Shown here one piece after another: positions 17,017 to 26,378 of a DNA stretch of 26,916 bases (position 1 is its first letter; every line of letters starts with the position of its first letter). Below the pieces are notes generated by a model. That model did no database searches. It was given only the letters and a program-made list of their open reading frames with translations, and had not been told where the DNA came from. The stretch lies in NCBI GenBank assembly GCA_964654365.1, contig CAZZIT010000147.1, positions 1 to 26,916 on the forward strand, written 5' to 3'. The DNA is from an uncultured archaeon. Lineage in GTDB: Archaea; Halobacteriota; Archaeoglobi; Archaeoglobales; Archaeoglobaceae. The position numbers and the translations under genes were made by a program.

Positions 17017-18333
17017 CTGCTCGCCCACGAGTTCGTCGAAAACTTCCAAGAATTTTTCCTCCATTCCCTGCGGAATCAGGGCCCCAGCAGCAACGCTGTG
17101 CCCACCACCGCTTCCTCCAACTTTCTCCGCGGCGATCTTTATTGCTTTTCCGAGGTTCAAACCCCTCTCAACAAGCCGATAATTCGCCCTTGCGGAAACC
17201 TTTATTCCCTCCTCGTTTTCAGCGAAGGCAACTATTGGCTTCTCTGGGTTCTTGATCAGGCTCATCCCAGCAACTATTCCCACGATAGTATCCCTTATAT
17301 CTCTGCCCGCATGGAAAAACTGGATGTTCTTTCGCTCCTTTATCCCGATCTCCTCCACGAGCTTAAGCCCCTCGGATAAATTCCTCCTGTGATTCTGGAG
17401 CAGAGTTCTGGCTCTGCTGAATGCCTTTTCATCTCCGAAGCAAACTCCTAGGCCCACTTCTGCCTCATCATACCTTGCAGTTGCGTTCAAAAGGGTTGAG
17501 TACTCCATCGCATCCCTTTTCTCAGTCCCTTCCTCCTCGTGAATCAGAAGATAGCATTCACCCGCAATCCTCTTTATCTCATCGTATCTCATCCCGAGAC
17601 TCATGCAGTGCCTCACAAGAGCAGAAACCATCTTTTTTCTCTCCCCCGGACTCAAATCAATCCAGCTGAGCCATGGGTCTATGCCCAAATCGGAAAGGAA
17701 TTTCAGGCAGCCAGCTTCATTCCCCGTGATCCCAGGAATGACTGGATCCGTGTTGTATTCGAGCATCTTTGTCAAAGGCCTTGTCTGCTTTCCAAAGAAT
17801 CTGATATCCTTTCGAATTTCGATGCTCTTCCCGGCAAGTCTTTCTGCGATTTTTCTGTTCAATCCTACCAGCCTTCCAAATTTTGAGTCCTGCAAATCCC
17901 CCACTGAGCCAACAATGGCCAAAGCTCCAAGCCTTGCAGAGGGAAAAATTCTGCTCGCAACCAAAAATGTAGCCATCGCACCGCTCATCTCAATGCTGCC
18001 ATCTAATCCGAAATCATGCGGATTCAGCTGTCTTTCGTGGCTGAACTCAGGAATGTGGTGATCAGTTATCACGAAGTTCAACTCTTTAAGCAGGCTGAGC
18101 TGTCCGCTTCCAAGATCCGTGAACCAGACAAATTTTCCTTCGTCCGCAATTTTTTCTACCTCTTTTTTATCGAGCTGCTTCAAAAATCGGATTTCAGCCT
18201 CTATTCCGGCTTTTTTCAAAGCCCTCAGGGCTATGGAACCGGCGGTTATACCGTCCGCATCGATGTGAGTGACGACGATCACATCGTTCTGCCTTTTTAT
18301 CAGTTCTGCAAGCTCTGTCGCCTTTGAAATCAA
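17008..18333 (-). CDS. DHH/DHHA1 phosphoesterase, archaeal RecJ-like exonuclease
   Basis: HIDADG, FTDLG, TDHH, GDLQD, SARA, GSGGGHSVAAGA; start moved to TTG 18333, preceded by GGGAGG RBS. Confidence 0.88.
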   Translation of the reverse strand: MISKATELAELIKRQNDVIVVTHIDADGITAGSIALRALKKAGIEAEIRFLKQLDKKEVEKIADEGKFVWFTDLGSGQLSLLKELNFVITDHHIPEFSHERQLNPHDFGLDGSIEMSGAMATFLVASRIFPSARLGALAIVGSVGDLQDSKFGRLVGLNRKIAERLAGKSIEIRKDIRFFGKQTRPLTKMLEYNTDPVIPGITGNEAGCLKFLSDLGIDPWLSWIDLSPGERKKMVSALVRHCMSLGMRYDEIKRIAGECYLLIHEEEGTEKRDAMEYSTLLNATARYDEAEVGLGVCFGDEKAFSRARTLLQNHRRNLSEGLKLVEEIGIKERKNIQFFHAGRDIRDTIVGIVAGMSLIKNPEKPIVAFAENEEGIKVSARANYRLVERGLNLGKAIKIAAEKVGGSGGGHSVAAGALIPQGMEEKFLEVFDELVGEQLK

Positions 18334-18405
18334 ACCTCCCACGCTAAAAATTTCGAAATGGATTTTAAAAGCTTTACTGGAAACAGTTGAAAGATACCTC
18401 AAAAT

Positions 18406-19086
18406 TCAGACCTCGTAGCTTTCTCCCGGCTTCAGCACCACGACCTTGCAGATCTTCTCCGCAAGTCTCTTGAACTCCATGGGATCGGCATCGATGAGCG
18501 GAAATGTGCCGTAGTGCATCGGAATTGCAACCTTCGGCCTCACCAATTCCACCGCCTTCACGGCTTCCCTTATTCCCATTGTGTAAAAGTCACCGATGGG
18601 CACCAGCATCACGTCCGGCTCATAAAGCTCGCCTATTAGCTTCATGTCCATAAAAAGCCCTGTGTCGCCTGTGTGGTAAACCTTAACCCCATCCATTTCG
18701 ACGACGAAGCCAACTGGAGCTCCGCAGCTTATTATTTCACCATTTTCATCCTCAAAATCGGCTGAGTGCAGAGCTGGAACCATTGTGACGCGAATTCCCG
18801 AAGAAAAAGCGCTTCCGCCTATGTTCATTCCCATGGTTTCAACATCTCTCTTGGCTAAAATCCTGGATAGCTCGTGTATGCAGACAATGAGTGCATTGTT
18901 CCTCTTCGCAATCTCCACAGCATCGCCAAGATGGTCGCCGTGGCCGTGAGTCACAAGAATCACATCTGCGTTTATCTCGTCCACACTCAATGGAGCCATC
19001 GGATTCCCGGTTATGAATGGATCTATCAGCACCCTTTTGCTTCCCTCAAGCAGAAAAGCAGAGTGCCCCAGCCAAACTATCCTCAT
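18406..19086 (-). CDS. Metallo-beta-lactamase fold metal-dependent hydrolase (UPF0173-like)
   Basis: MRIVWLGHSAF, IDPF, THGHGDHLGD, HTGDTGLF, IPMHYGTF; start moved to ATG 19086. Confidence 0.9.
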   Translation of the reverse strand: MRIVWLGHSAFLLEGSKRVLIDPFITGNPMAPLSVDEINADVILVTHGHGDHLGDAVEIAKRNNALIVCIHELSRILAKRDVETMGMNIGGSAFSSGIRVTMVPALHSADFEDENGEIISCGAPVGFVVEMDGVKVYHTGDTGLFMDMKLIGELYEPDVMLVPIGDFYTMGIREAVKAVELVRPKVAIPMHYGTFPLIDADPMEFKRLAEKICKVVVLKPGESYEV

Positions 19087-19163
19087 ATTCGAAAATACAC
19101 CGCTAAAATTTAGTTTTTTCGGTGGGAGCAAAATGAAATAAATCATGAGCTACAACTTAAGGT

Positions 19164-20111
19164 ATGCTTACCGACGATATCGGCAGTTTCCCGCTACCAC
19201 TCGGGATAACCAGAGATTGGGCTGAAAAGAATTTCAGGAGCAAAGAATACGAGGAAATGGTTCAAAGAGCCTTTCTGATGAAATCAAAGTACGTGGATGT
19301 TCCAAACTATCCCCAGTTCAGGGACATGGTTAGAATGTTTCTCGAACCCATAAAGAATCCAGAACTTCAGGATGATGCCTACCTGATATCCGAAAAAGGA
19401 GCAACAATTCCCGAAGTGGAATTTGTCCAGAAGATGAGGGTTGAAAGGCTCAGGGTCTGCATAACTGGAGTATTCGAGCTCTATTACAGGGAATTCGGAG
19501 GGGTTATCTACGAGGATGTTCTGCAAAACTTCGCGGAATCCGTTTACAGGTTTGCAAGAAATGCCACAAGGTACGCCAACGTTGTTTGTCTGAGCTTCGA
19601 CGAACCCAGTTTGGGCGTTGCTCCTGACCTGCAGCCCAGCAAAGAGCAGATCGAGAGAGCTTACGATTTCAAGCTCAATGCCGACACCCAAGTGCATCTG
19701 CACGAGCCCCTCTTTTACGATCGCTTCCTCGAGACGGGGATAGGGATAATAGGAATCGAGACTGCCCGTGATCCGAAGAAGATTGATGCCCTCGACGTTG
19801 AAGCGCTGGAGTCGGCCGAAAAAAGGGTGAGAATAGGAGTCGCGAGGACGGACATAGACTGCATAATTTCTGAATTCAACGAGAGGCATAATGTGAACGC
19901 ATGGAAGAGTGAAGACCTTGCCATGCTGGCTATTGAGGAATTTGAGCCTGCAGAGAAAATCCTGGAAAGATTGAAAATCGCAAAGAAAAAATTCGCTGAT
20001 CTCCTGAGCTACATTGGGCCAGACTGCGGTCTTTTCGCATTTCCATCCCAGAGAAGCGCCCTGAAGCTTCTTGAAAACGTTAAAAGGGCAAAAGAGCTAT
20101 GGACTACCTGA
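19164..20111 (+). CDS. Core (single-barrel) MetE-like cobalamin-independent methionine synthase family protein
   Basis: DIGSFP, SFDEPSLG, HLH, IGPDCGL; 315 aa, lacks the N-terminal folate-binding barrel. Confidence 0.75.
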   Translation: MLTDDIGSFPLPLGITRDWAEKNFRSKEYEEMVQRAFLMKSKYVDVPNYPQFRDMVRMFLEPIKNPELQDDAYLISEKGATIPEVEFVQKMRVERLRVCITGVFELYYREFGGVIYEDVLQNFAESVYRFARNATRYANVVCLSFDEPSLGVAPDLQPSKEQIERAYDFKLNADTQVHLHEPLFYDRFLETGIGIIGIETARDPKKIDALDVEALESAEKRVRIGVARTDIDCIISEFNERHNVNAWKSEDLAMLAIEEFEPAEKILERLKIAKKKFADLLSYIGPDCGLFAFPSQRSALKLLENVKRAKELWTT

Positions 20112-20719
20112 TGTATTTCTTCAAGTGCTTTCTAACATTCTTCGTCATCGTTGACCCGCCTGGGAATCTGCCAATTTTCATCGGGCTAACCAGTAGGTTC
20201 AAAGAAGAGCTGAGGGAGAAGATATCGAAAAGGATGACGACGATAGCCCTCTCAATATTGATAATAACCACCATTTCCGGGGGAGCAATACTCGATTTCT
20301 TCCACGTTTCGATAAACAGTCTGAGAATTGCCGGCGGAATCCTTCTTTTCATAATCTCTGTCGACATCCTTCTTGGAGCCCATGGTAGGGAGGAATACCG
20401 AAAAAGAGCGGAAGAGAGTGCAGAAGTGGATTCCTTAGCCGTATTTCCGCTTGCTCTTCCCTTGTATACTGGTCCCGGAGCGATTACCGCGGGAATCGTC
20501 ATGTACTCGCAGGCATCGGATCTTATTTCCAAGCTGATAGTTGTTTTAAGCGCGGTCCTCGTTTACGCTATCGTAAGACTGACCCATATCTACAGCGGCT
20601 GGATAATAAAGTTGCTTGGAAAAAGCGGCGCTGATATAGTTGCAAAGGTGCTTGCAATATTCCTTGCTGCAATAGGGGTGGAATTCGTCATAGGGGGCTT
20701 TAGGAGCGAATTTGCCTGA
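20099..20719 (+). CDS. MarC family integral membrane protein
   Basis: FFVIVDPPGNLP, L.IAGGILLF, AVFPLALPLYTGPGAIT, LAAIGVEF; multiple TM segments. Confidence 0.92.
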   Translation: MDYLMYFFKCFLTFFVIVDPPGNLPIFIGLTSRFKEELREKISKRMTTIALSILIITTISGGAILDFFHVSINSLRIAGGILLFIISVDILLGAHGREEYRKRAEESAEVDSLAVFPLALPLYTGPGAITAGIVMYSQASDLISKLIVVLSAVLVYAIVRLTHIYSGWIIKLLGKSGADIVAKVLAIFLAAIGVEFVIGGFRSEFA

Positions 20720-21113
20720 CGAAAATCCTGCACTGATCACCACAGGAGGGAATGGCTTCTACCTCTATTCCAAAAGCTCTGAAAAATCCCTCCAAAAATC
20801 CCCTGCAAATTTTATCCGACTTCACAGCCTCCAAGGCATTCACGGGACACGACAGGAAAAGAACTCCTTCTTCCCGCTTTTCAATCTTTACACCCGAAAT
20901 CATGGACAAAAAAGTTGCCACTTCTCCGAAATCCCTTAATCTCAGGTTTTCCGCAATGTATTCTCCCCTCTCCCTTCCATAATCAAATGCGATCCTGTAA
21001 ACCTCATCACCGAGCCTTTCAGCGAGAGCTGATACGAGTCGGTAGGCGAGCAGCGGTCTGATTTTCGAAAGCTTGATCAGCCTCCACTTCTGAGCTATTC
21101 TTTCCTCCTTCAT
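20700..21113 (-). CDS. V4R/MetOD1-like small Cys-containing domain protein
   Basis: YGRERG helix, SCP, ICRGFLEGFF...G...CGDQC pattern resembling the V4R clan; ATGA overlap with the upstream gene. Confidence 0.6.
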   Translation of the reverse strand: MKEERIAQKWRLIKLSKIRPLLAYRLVSALAERLGDEVYRIAFDYGRERGEYIAENLRLRDFGEVATFLSMISGVKIEKREEGVLFLSCPVNALEAVKSDKICRGFLEGFFRAFGIEVEAIPSCGDQCRIFVRQIRS

Positions 21114-21379
21114 TCTCTCACTGTGGAGTAATAGATCGCGGCTATTCCACAGATCTGCAGCAGGATTCCTGCAATGTAGAGAATTTCAGAAATAGCCAGC
21201 GCGTAGGCCAGCACAGGCAAAGCCCCGCCTACAACCAGCGCAAAAAAACCAAGGCTCAGGAGGATCAGAAACCTCTGTTTTGTTCTCAAATATGCGTTGT
21301 AAACCTGAAGGATCAGGGCTCCGCCGAGAAGTAAAAAGGCCGGAGTCAGAATAAAAAGAAATGTTTGCAGGAAGTTCAT
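21110..21379 (-). CDS. Small 3-TM membrane protein
   Basis: 89 aa from ATG 21379 (GGGGTGA RBS, ATGA overlap with the Lrp stop); three hydrophobic segments with an AYLRTKQRFLILLSLGF motif. Confidence 0.75.
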   Translation of the reverse strand: MNFLQTFLFILTPAFLLLGGALILQVYNAYLRTKQRFLILLSLGFFALVVGGALPVLAYALAISEILYIAGILLQICGIAAIYYSTVRE

Positions 21380-21810
21380 AAGTTCACCCCCGGCTTCCAT
21401 GCCGTTTCCTTAAGCCTTCTTGTTGCCACTATGCACTCAACCATCACAACACCATCGAGGCTCGAAATCATATTCGTGATCTCGCTTATCTCCTCAATGC
21501 TGCCTCCTCTCACCTTCAAGATGAAATTGAAGTTACCGAAGGTCTGATAGAGCTCTATTATCTGAGGTATGTCCCTGAGCTTTTCAGCTGTTCTCTTGGG
21601 ATCTGCGCTCACGAGCAGGAAGGCAGTTATCTGGTTGAACTTCTCGGGGTTCAGTATGACAGTGTATCTTTCAATTACGTCTTTTTCGAGCTTCCTTATC
21701 CTCTTGTGTACGCTCGATACCGACAAACCGAGCTCCTCTGCAAGCTCGTGGAGGGTCTTGCGGGCGTCCTCGGTAAGGATTGATATCAGCTTAATATCTT
21801 TCTCGTCCAT
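21376..21810 (-). CDS. Lrp/AsnC family transcriptional regulator
   Basis: MDEKDIKLISILTEDARKTLHELAEELGLSVSSVHKRIRKLE HTH plus RAM domain (YQTFGNFNFILKV); start moved to ATG 21810. Confidence 0.92.
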   Translation of the reverse strand: MDEKDIKLISILTEDARKTLHELAEELGLSVSSVHKRIRKLEKDVIERYTVILNPEKFNQITAFLLVSADPKRTAEKLRDIPQIIELYQTFGNFNFILKVRGGSIEEISEITNMISSLDGVVMVECIVATRRLKETAWKPGVNL

Positions 21811-21830
21811 GATTAAAATTTGCACTCTAA

Positions 21831-21844
21831 ATGATAAACTTTTC
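21831..21844 (-). promoter_or_regulatory. BRE+TATA promoter of the Lrp-3TM-V4R operon
   Basis: GAAAAG-TTTATCAT on the minus strand, about 21 nt above ATG 21810. Confidence 0.6.
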
Positions 21845-21854
21845 GCCAATAAAA

Positions 21855-23726
21855 TTAGCCCACGGGCTTAGTGCTGAATATCTTCGCGTTTCCACTCTCG
21901 AAAACCTTGGCGATGCATCTTTCGATGTTTTCTTCGACCGAACCGAAAAGTCTTCTCTCCTCAAAGCCAAAAAACACATAAGAAACGTTGTATTTCTCCA
22001 GAATTTCGGCCATTTCTTCGCAGTCCCTTGAAGTGTAAAATTTCCTGACATCTTTGGCCCTCTCCGCTATCTTATCGTAATCCCTTCGCCACTGAAACTC
22101 ATGCCCTGTCCATGCAACCACTGCTGGATTTCCCGTAAAAACCGCCACCCTCCCCCCGTACTGATAGGCACAGAAGTATCCATGCGTGCAACCCTCTTCA
22201 ATAATCACGCCTTCCCTTTCCTTCAGCCACTGGAGCGCTTCGTATTCTCCGTATATCTTCGTGAACGCCATGCCATCTAGAGTAAATTCCGCAGTATGGT
22301 ATCGCAGCGGTGTCGCGACGATGGGATACGCAAGGCTTACGATAAGAAGAAGTGCGATTAAAGGTTTTGCTTTCCCTATTCCAATAATTTTCAGCCTCAA
22401 AACTGCTCCAAGAGAGAGCAAAATCCATGCGCAAAGATAGAATTTGAAAACAGTATTCAGTCTTGAATCGATCGCGATGAACTCTGGGATTATGAAGCAG
22501 GACAGCGCGGTGAATATGAGTGGGGCAGATGTGTCTTTTTTAATCATCCCGAATACGGAGCAGACGAGTAGCGGAATAAGGACTGGCAGAATTGGGCTGA
22601 AAAAGTAGAAGGGCAGAGAAAATGGAATGGAGTATAAGATCAGCTTTTTCTCTGGCAGGAAAGATAAGTAGGCCAAAAGCAAGATTGTAGCCGAATAGCC
22701 AAGGAACTCAACTGGATTGCTTCTTTCGGTTATAAAAACCAGATCCGTCTTCGGGAGGTTCATGGTAAGATAGTACGCAGCAACAAGGGGGAGAGAAGCC
22801 AAAGAATAAACCAGAATAGACCTATCCCTCGCAGAAATGGCGAAAAGGATTGCGAGCAAAAGCATTACTGGATAATCCCAAGAGTTAGCGGCAAACAATC
22901 CGAAAAGAGAGAGCGGAAGGAGGAAGTAAAGCTTTCTTTCCTTGGGCAGCAGTATTGAAACCAGAAAAAGCTTCATCGGAATTGCGAACACGTGGGCATG
23001 AAGGTCTGCATGGATGAAGCTGAAGTAAGGGAACTCATTTATCGTTCCGCTGATCACTCTCGTTGAATTCCAGTAGTAGAGAAAGTCCAAGCCTGTAAAT
23101 GGTCTATGGAGCAGATCGACAAAAGAGTAGGCATTTCCAGAAAACATTACAAAAATCAGGGCAAGAAGGGCAATTTTTCGATCTCTCTCGAATATTCCGT
23201 AAATAAGAATGGCTGTGTAAGCAGGAAGCGCTGCGACCGCGATGTTGTATCCGATTTCGGGCGGAGCTAAGGAAAGAAGAGTAATTCCCGCCCCGAGAAC
23301 ATGGCCAAAGTAGTAATAGCAGTCGAGCTTTTCGTTTGCAAAAAATGGATCGTTGGGCGGAAGAGAGGGTGAACTGAGTATCGAGTTCATGAAGGCCATG
23401 TCCATGAACTTCTCAGCATCGAATATGCCCGGATTCAGGAATCGAAGGAAGATGAAGAAAAAGAAAACGAGGGCAAATACTGCCTCGCTCTTCTCAATTC
23501 TGAACTGAAATCTTGCGATAATTAAGTAAGCAAGACCGGCCAGCAGAATTATGAGAATTGCAAAAAAGGCAATTTTAAAGTTCACGAAGTGCGCTAAGGC
23601 GAAGGAAACCATGGTTACGATGAAGAGAGAGGAGAATCTCGCGAGGCTGAATTTCATGAACCTTAGAAATGGAAGCGTGATGATCAATGAGGCGAGGTAG
23701 AAAAGAGGGGCGTAAACTAAGCTCAA
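21855..23726 (-). CDS. DUF2298 / Chlor_Arch_YYY-type polytopic membrane protein (probable GT-C fold glycosyltransferase)
   Basis: DAEKFMDMAF, PPNDPFFA, YYYFGH, YWNSTRVI..TINEFPYFSF.HADLHAH, NSWDYP, NTVFKFY; many TM helices and a soluble C-terminal domain. Confidence 0.8.
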   Translation of the reverse strand: MSLVYAPLFYLASLIITLPFLRFMKFSLARFSSLFIVTMVSFALAHFVNFKIAFFAILIILLAGLAYLIIARFQFRIEKSEAVFALVFFFFIFLRFLNPGIFDAEKFMDMAFMNSILSSPSLPPNDPFFANEKLDCYYYFGHVLGAGITLLSLAPPEIGYNIAVAALPAYTAILIYGIFERDRKIALLALIFVMFSGNAYSFVDLLHRPFTGLDFLYYWNSTRVISGTINEFPYFSFIHADLHAHVFAIPMKLFLVSILLPKERKLYFLLPLSLFGLFAANSWDYPVMLLLAILFAISARDRSILVYSLASLPLVAAYYLTMNLPKTDLVFITERSNPVEFLGYSATILLLAYLSFLPEKKLILYSIPFSLPFYFFSPILPVLIPLLVCSVFGMIKKDTSAPLIFTALSCFIIPEFIAIDSRLNTVFKFYLCAWILLSLGAVLRLKIIGIGKAKPLIALLLIVSLAYPIVATPLRYHTAEFTLDGMAFTKIYGEYEALQWLKEREGVIIEEGCTHGYFCAYQYGGRVAVFTGNPAVVAWTGHEFQWRRDYDKIAERAKDVRKFYTSRDCEEMAEILEKYNVSYVFFGFEERRLFGSVEENIERCIAKVFESGNAKIFSTKPVG

Positions 23727-25309
23727 CCCCTCACCTCTCTAAGGCTCAAGTTCATCGCCGAGAGGGCTATGAACCCGAGGGCCACAGTTACCGCGTTTTT
23801 CAACGCATGATCGACGAACGCAAGCGTGAACGCAACTGAGTAAGGCTGGTAAAATCCAATTATTGCAGTCAAAGCCAGCTCATACGTGCCAATACCTCCG
23901 GGGGTTACAGGGATTGCCTTTACGATGTTTCCAATTGCTACCGCGAGGGCTATTGCTGCAAAGCTGATTCCACCAAAGCTCAATGCGAGGATGTAACAAA
24001 CGAAGATGTCAAAGAACCACACCAGCAAAGAAAGGGAAAAGATCGCGGCCGAGTCGCCAGCGTTCATGGCCATCTTCGCCCTCTCCATGATTCTCCCGAC
24101 GAAGTTCTGCATTCTGGAAAGGGTCACTATCGCCACCACAATCAGTAAAGCGAATCCAATCGCATAAAATGGCTCCAAGTAGCTCGTTCCCAGGTAAAGG
24201 GAAGCTATTATGGCGACTACAGCTACTGAGAGAATGTCAAAGGTTCTCTCAACCGCAATTCCGCCCAAGGAGCAGGTGTAGCTTACCCCATACCTTTTGA
24301 AGACGTAAGCCCTTGCAAGATCCCCGAGCCTTACTGGCGTTATTACGTTCACGGTCTGCCCGATGCTGACTGCGAGAGAAGAGAGGCCCGCTGAGGTCTT
24401 TTCCCCGAGTCTGTCCACAATATACTTGAACCTGTATCCCCTCAGAAGGAACGAAGAGGTGTAAAGAATGGCTGCGATTGCAAGTAGATCGAACCTTATC
24501 ATCAGAAGAGCTTCAAAGAAGTTCTTAACGCCTGTAGTTATGACCAGAAGGCAGAGGATGGCTATTGCCAGAATCGTTGCGAAGGCAAAAAACCTTCGGG
24601 AGCGGGCAAGATCTTCTGAGAGCATCCTCAGAATCTGGAAGAACATGTACATAACATCCTTTCTGAAGCGAACTTTCGTTTCTCCACCGTGCTCCCAGAA
24701 AACCGGGATTTCTTTCACCCTGTACCCCATTTTTTGAGCCAGAACGAGAACTTCCGTATCCCAGAACCAGTGGGTATCTTTGGCCTTCTCTCCAATCTCA
24801 AGGATCGCGGACCTCCTAAAAGCTTTGAATCCGCACTGGTGATCGTGGATTTTTGATCCCAAAAGCAGGCGAACGAGAAAATTGTATGCCTTCGACGCAA
24901 TATCCCTCTTCAGTGGCCTCTTTGCAACGCTCTCCTTCATCAGCCTCGATCCCGTGGCTATGTCGTATCCTTCTGCGATTGCGGAAACGATGTCCTTCAA
25001 ATGCCTGAGGTCCGTCGAAAGATCAACGTCCATGTAAACGACCACATCCTTAGAGCAGTTTCTGAACGCATTCATAAGTGCCCTTCCCCTGCCAAGTCTT
25101 TGGTCTGAGTGCAAGTGCTTTACTTTTGGATTCTTCTCCGCCATTTCCCTCGCAATTCTGTCAGTTCCATCCGTGGAGCCATCTTCAGCAATAACGATTT
25201 CATAGTCGTATCCAAGCTCCTTCAAGTAATTCTCAATCTTCTCGACCGCGCTTCTCAGTCTCTTCGCCTCGTTGTAAGCGGGAAGGACTATGCTAATTCT
25301 CATCCACAC
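23723..25309 (-). CDS. GT2 dolichol-phosphate glycosyltransferase (AglD-like) fused to a UPF0104/LPG-synthase flippase-like TM domain
   Basis: VLPAYNEA, AEDGSTDGT, YMDVDLSTD, DHQCGFKAF, WFWDTEVL; C-half P.RLGDLARAY, ERTFD, PVTPGGIGTYE. Confidence 0.88.
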   Translation of the reverse strand: MWMRISIVLPAYNEAKRLRSAVEKIENYLKELGYDYEIVIAEDGSTDGTDRIAREMAEKNPKVKHLHSDQRLGRGRALMNAFRNCSKDVVVYMDVDLSTDLRHLKDIVSAIAEGYDIATGSRLMKESVAKRPLKRDIASKAYNFLVRLLLGSKIHDHQCGFKAFRRSAILEIGEKAKDTHWFWDTEVLVLAQKMGYRVKEIPVFWEHGGETKVRFRKDVMYMFFQILRMLSEDLARSRRFFAFATILAIAILCLLVITTGVKNFFEALLMIRFDLLAIAAILYTSSFLLRGYRFKYIVDRLGEKTSAGLSSLAVSIGQTVNVITPVRLGDLARAYVFKRYGVSYTCSLGGIAVERTFDILSVAVVAIIASLYLGTSYLEPFYAIGFALLIVVAIVTLSRMQNFVGRIMERAKMAMNAGDSAAIFSLSLLVWFFDIFVCYILALSFGGISFAAIALAVAIGNIVKAIPVTPGGIGTYELALTAIIGFYQPYSVAFTLAFVDHALKNAVTVALGFIALSAMNLSLREVRG

Positions 25310-26378
25310 CCCTCGGTAGGTAGATGCAACAGGGCTCTTCTGCGAGGTAGTCGCCAGTTAAAGCGTACGCCCTCGCCCTGCTGCCTCCGCATATGAACCT
25401 GAACTCGCAGATCCCACACTTTCCCTTCAGACTGTTCGGATCCCTCAGCTTGACGAAGATATCCGAATTTTTATAGATTTTCTCAACTCTCTGCTCCCTC
25501 ACATTTCCAGCGGAGATCTGAAGGAAGCCGCTCGGATAGATATCGCCCGTGTGGCTTATGAAGAACATTCCCCTCCCATCCGTAACAAAGGCTCTGTGCA
25601 TACCTTCCTTTGCCCCCCGCCTTTCAAACTCGTTCCCAAAATCGAGCCTATCAAGAAGCTTCCAGTAAAGTTCACTAACCTCCGGCATCTTTCCCCTGCT
25701 CCTCATAATCTCGATCCTTCTGAAGTGCACGGCTGCTGAGCTTTTAACATTTATAAATTTCCCCACGTCGTAAAGCCAGCAGAGAACATCTTCGAATTCC
25801 TGCGGAGAGGGCATGAGCTCAGCTTTGGCCCTTCCCGTTGGAACGATGAAGAATACGTCCCACATCTCCGCTCCCAACTCGACGCAAAGCCTCGCAATTT
25901 CCGGAAGCTCGTAGATGTTATCCTTCGTTACCGTGGTGTTTATCTGGAAGGGCAGGCCCACTTCGCGAGCTTTCCTGAGGACTACCAAACTTTTTGCGAA
26001 AGCTCCCCTGATCCCCCTGAAGCTGTCGTGCGTTTCCTCAAGCCCGTCTATGCTGATCGCAATTCTCGAAACCCCTGCATTTTTCAAATCTTCCAGCCTT
26101 TCCTTAGTAGCCTTCTCCGTTCCGCTGAATGCAATTGAAACTCTGAACTTCTTTGATGCGTAGGAAACGATTTCACCGAGATCTTCTCTCATCAGCGGGT
26201 CTCCGCCGGTGAATACAAGCATCGGCCTCGAAAAGCTTGCAATTTCGTCAAGAACCCTGAAGCATTCCTCCTTTGTGAGCTCATTCGGGCTTCTGTTGCG
26301 AATGGCCTTGGCCCTGCAGTGCCTGCATGCAAGCATGCACGCTCTCGTGAGCTCCCAGAAGACTATAAAGGGGTCCAT
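25293..26378 (-). CDS. Radical SAM protein with reduced SPASM domain (TIGR04053 / AhbD-NirJ-like)
   Basis: WELTRACMLACRHCRA, FTGGDPL, ISIDG..ETHD.FRG, QINTTV, IYPSGFL, CGICEFRFICGGSRARAY, EPCC. Confidence 0.85.
   Translation of the reverse strand: MDPFIVFWELTRACMLACRHCRAKAIRNRSPNELTKEECFRVLDEIASFSRPMLVFTGGDPLMREDLGEIVSYASKKFRVSIAFSGTEKATKERLEDLKNAGVSRIAISIDGLEETHDSFRGIRGAFAKSLVVLRKAREVGLPFQINTTVTKDNIYELPEIARLCVELGAEMWDVFFIVPTGRAKAELMPSPQEFEDVLCWLYDVGKFINVKSSAAVHFRRIEIMRSRGKMPEVSELYWKLLDRLDFGNEFERRGAKEGMHRAFVTDGRGMFFISHTGDIYPSGFLQISAGNVREQRVEKIYKNSDIFVKLRDPNSLKGKCGICEFRFICGGSRARAYALTGDYLAEEPCCIYLPRGVDEN

Noticed and set aside
19098-19124. Interrupted inverted repeat CACCG-CTAAAATTTAG-TTTTTT-CGGTG in a divergent promoter
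   Set aside because: Asymmetric, mostly AT-rich, and overlaps a probable BRE/TATA; explainable by chance
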